DNA of 48,479 nt from Bacilli bacterium (GCA_044341785.1 JBIIRB010000001.1:1-48479), one strand, 5' to 3'. Counted from the stretch's first letter, positions 1 to 9,318 are shown. Program-made: numbers and translations. The notes: a model not told the origin generated them from the letters alone.

Positions 1-908
1 ATCACATGGATGGCCACTGGCAAACCAAGTTTTCGTATCGCTTTTAATCGATTTTCCCAAGTCGTCTTAGGATCGATTCTTTGTCCAAAGGATCCATCAA
101 AATAAGGGTTTGTCATGAGCGCTGTTTTAGAGGTTAATGTGCCATCATAAAACATCTTGACGGCCCCTAATTGTAAAAAAGGGTTTTGATCAAGCCAAGG
201 CCGTTTAGATTTTAGGTAATCGTCTAAGGTGAGATGGTGCATCAGCAAATGCGTTCTAAACGGTTTCGTTTCGAGGGCACGTTCAAACGCACGAAGGGTA
301 TCAAAAAAGCCATTGAAATAATACAAATCATCGCTATGACCACCAGTGACACCATAAGCATGTAAAGTGGAGAAAGCGTTTTGAATCATTTGCGTTAATG
401 TGGACACTGGATATTTAGGAAAACTATAAACCGCACGATTAGCTTCCTCTTCTTTGAGAATGCCATCGCTAGAAGTGAATTTTAATTCTTTCAGTTTTGC
501 AGAATTTACTGTCGCTCCATGGTAATCGTGATGCCGCAAAACAATAGGAATTGATGATGAAATGTTGTCTAGATCGTGAGCGGTAATACCTACTTCGTGG
601 TAACCTTGGACAAGCAAGGGTTGACCCATAAACTTCGTCTTCACAAACTTTAAAATCTCATTTTTTTGACTTAAATGCTGAACATTAGGAAGTGTGAGTC
701 GTTCCCCAAATCCAAGAATATGTAAATGAGCATCCACAAATCCAGGAAAGACCCATGCGCCTTCACAATCGATGACACGATCATAATGCGCGGGGCTTTT
801 ATTTTCATCCACAGCAACAATCAGTCCATTTTCAGTCACGATTGAACGATAAAAATGACTGGCTCTTTTCATCGAATAAAAAGTGCCGTTATGCCAAAGG
901 GTGCGCAT
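1..908 (-). CDS. Amidohydrolase-3 family metal-dependent hydrolase (YtcJ-like), N-terminal part; the gene continues past the window start
   Basis: Not in the ORF track because there is no stop in the window. My reverse-strand translation from the ATG at 908 stays open to base 1: MRTLWHNGTFYSMKRASHFYRSIVTENGLIVAVDENK...FPGFVDAHLHILGFG...GAVKMFYDGTLTSKTA...GLPVAIHVI. The DAHxH metal motif and KxFxDG are typical of this family. Confidence 0.7.
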   Translation of the reverse strand, partial: MRTLWHNGTFYSMKRASHFYRSIVTENGLIVAVDENKSPAHYDRVIDCEGAWVFPGFVDAHLHILGFGERLTLPNVQHLSQKNEILKFVKTKFMGQPLLVQGYHEVGITAHDLDNISSSIPIVLRHHDYHGATVNSAKLKELKFTSSDGILKEEEANRAVYSFPKYPVSTLTQMIQNAFSTLHAYGVTGGHSDDLYYFNGFFDTLRAFERALETKPFRTHLLMHHLTLDDYLKSKRPWLDQNPFLQLGAVKMFYDGTLTSKTALMTNPYFDGSFGQRIDPKTTWENRLKAIRKLGLPVAIHV

Positions 909-915
909 AGAATGT

Positions 916-1248
916 TTAGGAATCTTGAAGAGTTTCTGCTAAGCGATTGGCACGGCGTGTTGCTTTATCGATTTCATTTTGTTCGCGATCAGCATAAACC
1001 ACCAACGAGAGGACGGATATGAGCGTTCCAAGAATAACGAAGAAAATACCGTAGAATAAAAAATCATAATTAAGCGTGGTGAATTCAATCACAGCTTCTT
1101 CGGCGATGAGTACCCAATTCAGTTCACTTGCAACAGGAAGATAATCGCCAATGAGTGAAATGATTGCCAACGTGGCACCGACAAGGATGAAAGTATAACC
1201 TAATAGGTTCCATATCCATTCTGATGTTTTTTGTAGATTTTTTTTCAT
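916..1248 (-). CDS. Small membrane protein, unknown function (three predicted TM helices)
   Basis: 110-aa ORF with three hydrophobic segments (LLGYTFILVGATLAIISLIG; NWVLIAEEAVIEF; FLFYGIFFVILGTLISVLSLVVY) and a charged C-terminal tail. Its stop is 7 nt before the amidohydrolase ATG. No family recognised. Confidence 0.5.
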   Translation of the reverse strand: MKKNLQKTSEWIWNLLGYTFILVGATLAIISLIGDYLPVASELNWVLIAEEAVIEFTTLNYDFLFYGIFFVILGTLISVLSLVVYADREQNEIDKATRRANRLAETLQDS

Positions 1249-1295
1249 AGTAACCTCTGCGATATTGTAGCAAAAACACGCTCATTAAACAATCA

Positions 1296-2207
1296 TCAGG
1301 CCGAAACTGGCGGACCCATTCTATTGGCGTCGTCTAAGTAACTTTTTAAATGATTAAAGGCATTGAGCCATTCTTGTTCGCTAATGTTACGGACTAAGGT
1401 GATTTGATCACGCAACATGCTGATCACTTCATTCATAAACATCCTTAACTCACCCTTGACCACAACCCCTGTGGGTTTGCCTTGAATGAACGGGGGTCCA
1501 TCCTTTAAAGGAGTAGGTGTCTTTCCTTGAATCATCGCCATCAGTTTTTCAGCTTCAAGATAAGCGTTACTCATGCCAACATGATTGATGTTGTTTCGCT
1601 TTTGTTGATCCAAGATAACGGAAACAAAAAAATGAAGTCGCTTCTCAATGTTTTGCTTGGCTTTTGGATCTGAAGTAGGCTCATCGATTAACTTTTGAGC
1701 AAGTTTTTTTAATAAAGCAGAATGAAAATCAATTTCATTGATCAGTCCCAAAAGAAGTAACGACTTAAAAAAGACTTGATCATGTTGAAGCACATCTTCG
1801 ATTGGAAGATCAAGATTGTCTTTGATGGATGCTGATTTTAAATACGATTTTAAAATATCGGTAAAGATTTGATGGAGGACGATCACATGGTCATAAAGCA
1901 AATGAATATACGCTAAAGAAAAGACCAATTTTCCATCTTTGATTGCCATGGCCTTGGATTTTCCACGGTAAAATAAGTCCATGAAACTTTGAAGCTTTTC
2001 GATGATCTTCATTCCTTGATCAGGCAACCGCTGAAGAATTTGTAAAATAATACCTTTTTCTTGTAGAAAAACTTCTAATTGTTTTTGCCTTGTTTCATAA
2101 CTGGCAACATCATAAAACTCACGATGAAAACCGTAAAAAACAGTATCTCGAATCAACAAAGTGAATTGATAAAGTTGAATGATAAATCGTGTAGGTTCAT
2201 TGATCAT
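1296..2207 (-). CDS. Hypothetical protein, apparently all-helical and soluble, no recognisable family
   Basis: 303-aa ORF whose ATG overlaps the HAD gene stop (ATGA at 2204-2207). It has no TM segments and no catalytic motif I recognise. Confidence 0.55.
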   Translation of the reverse strand: MINEPTRFIIQLYQFTLLIRDTVFYGFHREFYDVASYETRQKQLEVFLQEKGIILQILQRLPDQGMKIIEKLQSFMDLFYRGKSKAMAIKDGKLVFSLAYIHLLYDHVIVLHQIFTDILKSYLKSASIKDNLDLPIEDVLQHDQVFFKSLLLLGLINEIDFHSALLKKLAQKLIDEPTSDPKAKQNIEKRLHFFVSVILDQQKRNNINHVGMSNAYLEAEKLMAMIQGKTPTPLKDGPPFIQGKPTGVVVKGELRMFMNEVISMLRDQITLVRNISEQEWLNAFNHLKSYLDDANRMGPPVSA

Positions 2208-3034
2208 AAGTATCTGGCAATTTCATAAACCCGTTTAATGATGGTTTTGGCTTGTTTTTTTATTTCAGGATGGGCATTATTCATGACAAAACTTCGGTCA
2301 TAGAAGTGTTTAAACAACACGGTGTCATTCCCGGAATCACCGACCACATAAACTTGATCCTCATGGATTTGTTTAAGTTTGAGTAATTGGATCAACCCTG
2401 TGAGTTTATTGCATGAAAGAGGAGCGATTTCAATGAGACCTTCGATCCAAGAAAATTCAAAATTAGGAAATTTCTTTTTAAAAACCTCACGTGCTTCCTT
2501 AGCGCGATTGGTCCCTTTTCTACCTAGGCCAAAATATAAAAGAACGCGATGAATGTCTTCATTTTTTAATACTTCTAAAAATTTCTTTTCATCAGATGTA
2601 AAGGATTCACGATAAATGCCTTGAAATAAATAATAAAGACGATAAAGAACATGGATCCAAAAACCATGTTGACCGATGTTGACGACATTTTGCGATTGGC
2701 GGGAATCAACACTCCACGTTTGATTGGGATACACGGCTTTGATTGATTCATACAATGGGTGTGCAGTATTTTTGGGCCAAACACGATCTTCAATGATTTT
2801 ACCATCGTGAAAAACAACCGCACCATTCCTCGAAACATAGGATAAATTACGATCGATTTTTTTGAGAACTCTTTCTGTAAAATCACGACTTCTTGAGGTT
2901 ACCAACACCACCTCATGACCTTGATCAACGAGTTGTCTGATGAAGGAAAGGTTTTTAGGATGAATCATACGAAAACGTTCTTTTGGATAGAATAAGGTGC
3001 CATCTAAATCAATCGCGAACAACTTTTTATTCAT
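2204..3034 (-). CDS. HAD-superfamily Cof-type phosphatase
   Basis: HAD motif I is FAIDLDGTLF, motif II is VLVTSRS, and motif IV is VVGDSGNDTVLF. The 276-aa length is typical of Cof/YbiV-type sugar phosphatases. Confidence 0.8.
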   Translation of the reverse strand: MNKKLFAIDLDGTLFYPKERFRMIHPKNLSFIRQLVDQGHEVVLVTSRSRDFTERVLKKIDRNLSYVSRNGAVVFHDGKIIEDRVWPKNTAHPLYESIKAVYPNQTWSVDSRQSQNVVNIGQHGFWIHVLYRLYYLFQGIYRESFTSDEKKFLEVLKNEDIHRVLLYFGLGRKGTNRAKEAREVFKKKFPNFEFSWIEGLIEIAPLSCNKLTGLIQLLKLKQIHEDQVYVVGDSGNDTVLFKHFYDRSFVMNNAHPEIKKQAKTIIKRVYEIARYL

Positions 3035-3086
3035 TTATGAAATTATAACAAAAATTCATCTAGAGAGACGAATAAATTTACATTCA

Positions 3087-3635
3087 TTAAGCAATCTTGT
3101 TTTCGGCTTGGATGATCCCGTAGCCACCATCATTACGACGGTATAAAACTGAAATGAGGCGATCATCAATATCTAAATATACAAAGAAGGTATGGCCTAA
3201 GGCTTCCATCCGTGTGATGGCATCTTCTATCGACATTGGGTCTAAAAAAATCGATTTAGTGCGAACCACTTCTTCTAAAGCAGAAGCAACTTTTTCAGTT
3301 TCAATATTTTCAATGATCAGCGAATCGGCAATCCCTTGGCGTTTACTGCGATCAAGGCGGGTTTTAAGTTTTCGCATTTGACCTTCAAGTTTATCAATCG
3401 CAAAATCCACAGCTGCATATAGATCGTTATCTTTGACCTCCGCGCGGAAGTCCATCATTTTAGTAAAAATGGTAATTTCAACTTTTGCACCCACTTTATA
3501 GCTTCGCACGACTGCCCGGCAAGTGACATCGTCATTGATGACAAAATAACGGTCGAGGCGCGTCATCTTTTTTTTGATTACACTCGCGATGGCATCGGTG
3601 ACTTCAATATTCTTTCCGACGATTTGGTATTTCAT
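3087..3635 (-). CDS. hpf: Ribosome hibernation promoting factor, long form
   Basis: MKYQIVGKNIEVTDAI... is an S30AE/RaiA N-domain. The C-terminal dimerisation domain (HTFFVYLDIDDRLISVLYRRNDGGYGIIQ) is typical of long HPF in Bacillota. Confidence 0.9.
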   Translation of the reverse strand: MKYQIVGKNIEVTDAIASVIKKKMTRLDRYFVINDDVTCRAVVRSYKVGAKVEITIFTKMMDFRAEVKDNDLYAAVDFAIDKLEGQMRKLKTRLDRSKRQGIADSLIIENIETEKVASALEEVVRTKSIFLDPMSIEDAITRMEALGHTFFVYLDIDDRLISVLYRRNDGGYGIIQAENKIA

Positions 3636-3723
3636 AGCTTCTCCTTTACAAAGGTTACCCTTTGCTTATCTTTATTTTGCCATGAGTCGGGAGGTTAAAA
3701 AAGACTTGACTTCAAATATTCGA

Positions 3724-4905
3724 TTATTTAATTAAGAATTTTTTAATTTCTTCAACTTTATCAAGTTTTTCCCATGGCAAATCAAATTCGATTCTCCCAA
3801 AATGACCATAAGCAGCTAAATGTTCATATTGAAACGTAGGGCGATTTAACTTAAAGGCTGAAATGATAACGCCGGGTCGTAAATCAAAAACTTGGCTGAT
3901 GATGGCTTTGACGTTGGACTCGGTTAAGGATGGTTTTAACGTTCCAAATGTAAAGACCGATAGACTTACTGGAAGAGGTTGTCCAATGGCATACGACAAT
4001 TGAATTTCTAATCGAGACGCTACGCCAGCAGCAACGAGGTTTTTGGCTATATAACGAGCCATATAAGCACCCGAACGATCTACTTTGGTGGCATCTTTAC
4101 CTGAAAAAGAACCACCCCCATGCCGACCATAACCGCCGTAAGTATCAACAATGATTTTTCGACCCGTTAATCCAGTATCACCAAGCGGACCTCCAATCAC
4201 GAATTGACCAGCAGGATTGATGAGGGCATCAAAATCAAGATTCAAGGAATATTGTTTGGCAACGGGTATCATGATCTCTTGATGGACGAATTCAATAAAG
4301 TGGTCGTTAAGTTGACCTTCTTCATGTTGGATTGAAAGTAACATTTGGTCGACGCGTGGGTTTTTAGGATTCGTGTAATCAATCGTCACTTGAGATTTCA
4401 TGTCTGGGCGGGCATATTGAAATTTTCCTGATTTTCTTAGTTGCGTCGCTCGTTTGACTAATTCATGGGCTAACGTAATGGCAAGAGGCATATATGAAGG
4501 TGTTTCATTTGAAGCGTAACCGAACATAAGACCTTGATCACCCGCACCAATATTAGACTCTTCCCCTTGATGATTCACTTTTTTGGCAATATCTTGACTT
4601 TGCGCTTTGATTAAATTAAGAATCTTCACGTGTTGATATGAAAAACCTAGAACCGGTTGATCATAACCAATGCGTTTAATCACACGTTTGGCAATCGTTT
4701 CATAATCAGGTAACTTGACCGCTTTTGAAAAGGTGATTTCACCACCAATCAATAAGAACTCAGTGGAGGCAAAACATTCAACCGCGACATGGGCTTTTGA
4801 ATCTAGTGCCAAACAAGCATCCAAAATCGCATCAGCCACTTGATCACAAACTTTGTCAGGATGGCCTTCCGAAACTGACTCTGATGTAAAAAGCATTTTT
4901 TCCAT
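3724..4905 (-). CDS. metK: S-adenosylmethionine synthetase
   Basis: Contains SESVSEGHPDKVCDQ, GAGDQGLMFGYA and GGGSFSGKD motifs. I chose the ATG at 4905 (MEKMLFTSE) because AGAAGGA lies 6 nt upstream. The ORF-track start at 4923 is a TTG inside the leader terminator T-run. Confidence 0.95.
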   Translation of the reverse strand: MEKMLFTSESVSEGHPDKVCDQVADAILDACLALDSKAHVAVECFASTEFLLIGGEITFSKAVKLPDYETIAKRVIKRIGYDQPVLGFSYQHVKILNLIKAQSQDIAKKVNHQGEESNIGAGDQGLMFGYASNETPSYMPLAITLAHELVKRATQLRKSGKFQYARPDMKSQVTIDYTNPKNPRVDQMLLSIQHEEGQLNDHFIEFVHQEIMIPVAKQYSLNLDFDALINPAGQFVIGGPLGDTGLTGRKIIVDTYGGYGRHGGGSFSGKDATKVDRSGAYMARYIAKNLVAAGVASRLEIQLSYAIGQPLPVSLSVFTFGTLKPSLTESNVKAIISQVFDLRPGVIISAFKLNRPTFQYEHLAAYGHFGRIEFDLPWEKLDKVEEIKKFLIK

Positions 4906-4921
4906 AAGGGTTCCTTCTAAC

Positions 4922-5061
4922 AAAAAAACTTTCCACCGCAGGAAAGTTATGCATTCACTTTACCTATCATATCGCTCAGGGGTGGCCCTGCTTGGTGAGC
5001 ACTTACTATTGCTAGAGTTGCTACTGTGATGAAACACCTACATCCACAGTTTCCTGATATG
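4922..5061 (-). promoter_or_regulatory. SAM-I (S-box) riboswitch with intrinsic-terminator expression platform in the metK leader
   Basis: Minus-strand reading: P1 CATATC...GATATG. P2 is CTGTGGATG-loop TAGGTGTTT-CATCACAG. The conserved GCAAC...GTGCT flanks P3, and P4 is CAGGG-CCAC-CCCTG. GGTG in the P2 loop is complementary to CACC in J3/4 (pseudoknot). The terminator AACTTTCC-TGCGGT-GGAAAGTT plus T7 ends 9 nt before the metK RBS (AGAAGGA; ATG at 4905). Confidence 0.65.
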
Positions 5062-5117
5062 AATTGTTCGTTAAATTGTCTTCATTATTATTCTATTTTG
5101 AGCGGCAAAAGTCAATT

Positions 5118-5696
5118 TTAAAGATTGAATAAAATTTCACCTTGAGCATCGCCTGTTAGACCTGCTGCATTGGCTTCGTCAGTATCAATGTGCATGGCTA
5201 AGGCAAAATCATCGCGGACACGAACGACGACATCCCCTAAAATTAAGGCGCGATTAGGTGAAACGATTTTAACCGCGACGATTTGTTTATCTTTAACTTG
5301 AAAAGCATTAGCATCTTTTGACGTCATATGAATATGGCGTTTGGCGATGATGACACCTTCTTTTAACGTGACTTCACCGTGGGGGCCTTTAAGGATAATC
5401 GGTGCGCTACCTTGAATATCGCCTGATTCACGCACGGGAGGATTTAACCCTAATTGTCTTGCTTCGGTCATGGTCACTTCAACTTGCGATCCTTTACGAA
5501 CAGGGCCTAAGACCACAACATTGTCAAGAGAACGCTTGGGACCAACTAAGTTGAGTCGCACATTGGAAACATATTGTCCAGGTTGTGATAAAGGTCGAAC
5601 AGAAGATAACTTAAAACCCTTGCCACATAAGACTTCTAAATGTTCTTGAGTAAGGTGAATATGTCGGGCACTGGTTTCTACTAAAATCGTTTTCAT
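5118..5696 (-). CDS. pduL: Phosphate acyl(propanoyl/acetyl)transferase, PduL family
   Basis: Two PduL repeats, each with an RHIH motif (SARHIHLTQEHLEVL and AKRHIHMTSKDANAF), in a 192-aa protein. Confidence 0.85.
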   Translation of the reverse strand: MKTILVETSARHIHLTQEHLEVLCGKGFKLSSVRPLSQPGQYVSNVRLNLVGPKRSLDNVVVLGPVRKGSQVEVTMTEARQLGLNPPVRESGDIQGSAPIILKGPHGEVTLKEGVIIAKRHIHMTSKDANAFQVKDKQIVAVKIVSPNRALILGDVVVRVRDDFALAMHIDTDEANAAGLTGDAQGEILFNL

Positions 5697-6910
5697 GATA
5701 AAACCTCTTTATTATTATACAAAATCCTTTGAAATAGGTCGATGATGAATACCCAAAAATATCCTGGAGGAGAACTTGCATCAATATGAAATAAGTATTC
5801 TTGATCGTGATAAATGAAGGCGAGTGAAGTTCGATGGATGAGACGATAGGATTGAATGTCTCGCATAGGAATGGTGATCGTGAACTTCACGTTCTTGACG
5901 ATGAAGGATGATGAGGAAACGCTCATGCTGACGTTAGTGTAGTGTTGCTGATGAAGATGGGTTACATGCGTGATGGACAATCGAGTTTGACTCTTTATCC
6001 CTTTTAAAACATCCATGTTTTTTTGTACCCATGTTTTTTGCCAATCATCATGTTGTTTAGGATGCACAGGAAATTGACCATCATGCTTGAATGAATAAGA
6101 ATAAGTAAAGGAACGATTCACATGAACCTCCCAAGCACAATCGCGACAGGATAAAGTGTTGTTGTTTGAAGTTAAGGTGAACAAATGTTGACATTGAGGG
6201 CACCAAAATAGCGCACGCTCAAGCCGTTCAGCGCGACGGTTTGATTGGACCGAAATAGGGCGATTTTTATAAGCATCAACTTGAATGGATTTGCAAATCA
6301 AGTCGTGAAGTTCTTGCACCGAAAGGGTCGCGATGGTGGCTTGTGAAAGCACTTCTACTGTTTCAATCGTCACTTTAGTTTTAAAGGCTCGATCCGACCA
6401 ACGTGGGGCACGTTGATAAGCACCTTTCACTTGAAAGATAACGAGCGGTAAATGAGCGTACTTAACTAATTTTGCCGCCGATAAATCAAAAGGCAAACTT
6501 CCCCCGAGCATGTGGATATCACCTTCGGGAAATAACCCAACGGTATGTCGTTGCTTTGCGTATTGAATGATCGTTCTTGCTGCCGTGATGCGATGATTAA
6601 AACGACCACGATTGATTTGACCAAACCCATTATTTATAACCCATCTTAACCAAGGAAACTGAAATAATCCATCATGCACGATAAAATGTGGGATGTGAAA
6701 AAAATAATAAATCACAGCGTATAACCCATCCCAATTCGAGTGGTGATTACCAAGCAAAAAAATCGGACCTTTGGGTAATTTTTTTCGGTGAGGTAAGTAA
6801 GTTAAACCATGAAAGATAAAGATGATGAATAACACAGGTTTGATGATGAAAAAAGTAATCAACGATGTTAAAAAACCAGTCCCCGGAAGGGCGTGCTTAT
6901 TCGACTTCAT
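5693..6910 (-). CDS. PlsC-family (lysophospholipid-type) acyltransferase with N-terminal TM anchor and an extra C-terminal domain of about 190 aa containing a CxxC...CxxC zinc-ribbon-like motif
   Basis: The HX4D motif is GNHHSNWDG and motif III is FPEGD. The C-terminal part has CPQCQH...CRDCAW. It overlaps the upstream GT gene by 14 nt and pduL by 4 nt. Confidence 0.75.
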   Translation of the reverse strand: MKSNKHALPGTGFLTSLITFFIIKPVLFIIFIFHGLTYLPHRKKLPKGPIFLLGNHHSNWDGLYAVIYYFFHIPHFIVHDGLFQFPWLRWVINNGFGQINRGRFNHRITAARTIIQYAKQRHTVGLFPEGDIHMLGGSLPFDLSAAKLVKYAHLPLVIFQVKGAYQRAPRWSDRAFKTKVTIETVEVLSQATIATLSVQELHDLICKSIQVDAYKNRPISVQSNRRAERLERALFWCPQCQHLFTLTSNNNTLSCRDCAWEVHVNRSFTYSYSFKHDGQFPVHPKQHDDWQKTWVQKNMDVLKGIKSQTRLSITHVTHLHQQHYTNVSMSVSSSSFIVKNVKFTITIPMRDIQSYRLIHRTSLAFIYHDQEYLFHIDASSPPGYFWVFIIDLFQRILYNNKEVLS

Positions 6911-9152
6911 AATAATCAGTAAGTGTGTTTTGATACGTTTGGACTAAGTCTTTTAAAGTAAGAGACCAAGATGGTGCTAATGTTTTTTTAGCTTTTTCAC
7001 CAGCGGCAACAAGCAAGTTTGGATGGGTGAGTAAATGTTTGACTAACTCAGCAAGTTTTTCCGCATCGAGTTGGCAAAGAAACCCATTGTCACCATCTCT
7101 GATCTTTTCAGCAGCATACGAATGGAGAGGGACGATGGAAGGTAGACCATGAATGGCCGCTTCTTTTACGACAAGCGGATCGTTATCATATTGGGAAGGT
7201 AGCAAAAGCACAGAACTTAATTGATAAAATTTACTTAAAGTTTGGGTATCCATCACTCGACCAGCAAAGATAATTTCTTGCTGAAGTCCAAGCTTTTTAA
7301 CATAGCGCTTAATACCCATTTCATGACGGCCCGATCCGACAAAAATCATTGTAAAAACAACCTTCTTTTTTTTCAATTGTAAACAAGCATCAAGAATAAG
7401 TTGAATGTTTTTATGCCAGATTAATTGACCAACAAAAAGTAAATGATGGGGGGTTGAAATGGAAAGGGAAGATTTAAATAACTCCATTTCCATTGCTGTA
7501 ACATCAATCTTTTTGAAATCTGTGCCATTGTTAAACACTTTCACTGCCTGTTGAAGACCATAATCGTTCATCGTTTTAATGGTGGATTGAGATACAGTAA
7601 GTAAACGTTGTGCTTTTTGGAAAACACGCATCACGTGATTTCTAATGAAAAGCGATACCCCAGGGTTCTTCACGATGGCTTTGATATCATCGTCATATTT
7701 GCTGTGAAACGTTGCTATTAAAGGAACATGATGAGCCTGTGCTAATTGCATCGCTTTTTCTCCAACAAAGAAAGGTGAATGCACATGATAAATGGCAGGC
7801 CCTTCATAAAAAATCCGATCTTTAAGTTTTTCACTAAGTGGAAATATGGCAAGCGGATACGGAAAAGAAAATAGTTTTAATGCAGGAAGAAAAAGCGTCT
7901 CGTAAGGATATTGATTGGGAGTTTTACTCGATTGCGGAGCGACCACACATACCCTTACTCCCTGCGTAAGTAAATATCTTGCATAACCATCAACAGCACG
8001 GACAACCCCATCGGTATTTGGGAAAAAATTGTCAACGAATAAATAAACTTTCAACGGTAAACTAAAGTCGGGTTGATGCACGCGGCGTAATTCTCTTTTT
8101 CGATAAAGACTTTGTTGTAGCGTTGTCCAGATGCCGAGAAGCAGCGGCAAATAAAAAGAAAAAATTCGCCAAATAAAAATAGTCCAAAACAACCATTGTC
8201 CCGTTAAATAATTTCCAAAAATAGCAGCGAAAGAAAATTCCGCGGCTCCCGCGTTGCCTAAAGTAGGAATCCAAGAAACCGCATTCACGCCTACTAAGGC
8301 TTTTAGAAAGATTTCTAAGTATGAAAATGTTTCACCTGCGATCAATACCGACGTCACAGAAGACATTAAAAAGAATGGAAACGAGAGCATCGCCAATTGT
8401 GAAATCAAAGAGTTAAGATAAAGTAAAATCATTTTCCATGGTTGGTGAATGATGATTTGAATGGCGCTTTGGTATTTTTGAATCCATTTTTTGATCGTTT
8501 CGATGGTCTTCTTTTTCTTTCTTTCCTGAACAAAAAAGTTAGCAAAATGAACGATCCATTGTTCAAAGAAAGGGAAAAAGGAAAGCGTGATCATCGCCAC
8601 AGGAATCAGCGAGGATAAACCAAAACCAATCCAAGCAATAATGATGATCCAATCTTGCCCAAATGAGGGAATGAACCATAAGCCAATCAACGAAATGGTT
8701 AACATGGCTAACCGCATAAAATAGATGTCTAATGTTGGAGCAGACGTTGCTTGACCAATCGTCACATTTTTATCGCGCATCACCGCCATCATCAACGGCT
8801 GTCCACCTAATCCAAAAGGGGTGATTAAGACGTAATATCGAGCGAGAATCGCAAAGGTCAATCCATCCCAAAAATGAATACGCGTTTTTGAAGTTTGTAA
8901 TAGAACGATATAGCGAAAAGCTCCTAAACTTAATATCAATAAGAATAATAGGAGTGAAGCAATCGAAAAAGGCCAGTGTTGAATCCAAAGCTGAACTAGC
9001 AGCCATAAGTCGTCTGATATTAAACGATGCCAATCATTCGCAATCGCTAAATAACTGACAAGCATACCGATGAAGAATGAAAAGATAAAAATCATCAAAA
9101 ACCAAGTTTTTCGATTGGAAAATAAATTGAGGAAAAAGCCTTTTTTAACCAT
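6897..9152 (-). CDS. Fusion protein: polytopic LPG-synthase-TM/UPF0104 flippase-like domain plus GT4 glycosyltransferase (glycosyl-diacylglycerol synthase-like)
   Basis: Residues 1 to about 345 contain several hydrophobic helices. Residues from about 360 show a GT4 N-domain (VYLFVDNFFPNTDGVVRAVDGYA), then LLFVGQL...FVGSG and an EX7E-like region (VVKEAAIHGLPSIV). Confidence 0.8.
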   Translation of the reverse strand: MVKKGFFLNLFSNRKTWFLMIFIFSFFIGMLVSYLAIANDWHRLISDDLWLLVQLWIQHWPFSIASLLLFLLILSLGAFRYIVLLQTSKTRIHFWDGLTFAILARYYVLITPFGLGGQPLMMAVMRDKNVTIGQATSAPTLDIYFMRLAMLTISLIGLWFIPSFGQDWIIIIAWIGFGLSSLIPVAMITLSFFPFFEQWIVHFANFFVQERKKKKTIETIKKWIQKYQSAIQIIIHQPWKMILLYLNSLISQLAMLSFPFFLMSSVTSVLIAGETFSYLEIFLKALVGVNAVSWIPTLGNAGAAEFSFAAIFGNYLTGQWLFWTIFIWRIFSFYLPLLLGIWTTLQQSLYRKRELRRVHQPDFSLPLKVYLFVDNFFPNTDGVVRAVDGYARYLLTQGVRVCVVAPQSSKTPNQYPYETLFLPALKLFSFPYPLAIFPLSEKLKDRIFYEGPAIYHVHSPFFVGEKAMQLAQAHHVPLIATFHSKYDDDIKAIVKNPGVSLFIRNHVMRVFQKAQRLLTVSQSTIKTMNDYGLQQAVKVFNNGTDFKKIDVTAMEMELFKSSLSISTPHHLLFVGQLIWHKNIQLILDACLQLKKKKVVFTMIFVGSGRHEMGIKRYVKKLGLQQEIIFAGRVMDTQTLSKFYQLSSVLLLPSQYDNDPLVVKEAAIHGLPSIVPLHSYAAEKIRDGDNGFLCQLDAEKLAELVKHLLTHPNLLVAAGEKAKKTLAPSWSLTLKDLVQTYQNTLTDYYEVE

Positions 9153-9233
9153 CTTTCACATTATAACAAACGTTATGACTCTTCATCCTGTTTCATTGAA
9201 TTCAAGCGTTGAATTGTTTATAATAACGTAGTT

Positions 9234-9318
9234 GCAGGTATGGCGAAACTGGTAGACGCGTACGTTTGAGGGGCGTATGGGGTAACCCATGGGAGTTCGA
9301 GTCTCCCTACCTGCACCA
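9234..9318 (+). tRNA. tRNA-Leu(GAG): tRNA-Leu, anticodon GAG
   Basis: Hand-folded cloverleaf: acceptor GCAGGTA/TACCTGC, anticodon stem TACGT/GCGTA, loop TTGAGGG, long variable arm TGGGGTAACCCAT, T arm GGGAG-TTCGAGT-CTCCC, encoded CCA. A TTGAAT-17 nt-TATAAT promoter lies just upstream. Confidence 0.9.

Noticed and set aside
2575-2886. Same-strand alternate-frame ORFs inside larger genes (2575-2886, 8062-8274, 8770-9033, 11267-11569, 12417-12623, 21021-21233, 30100-30309, 36023-36244, 40804-41031, 43597-43791)
   Set aside because: Each is nested in a longer ORF with clear family motifs. None has independent start signals or recognisable domains.
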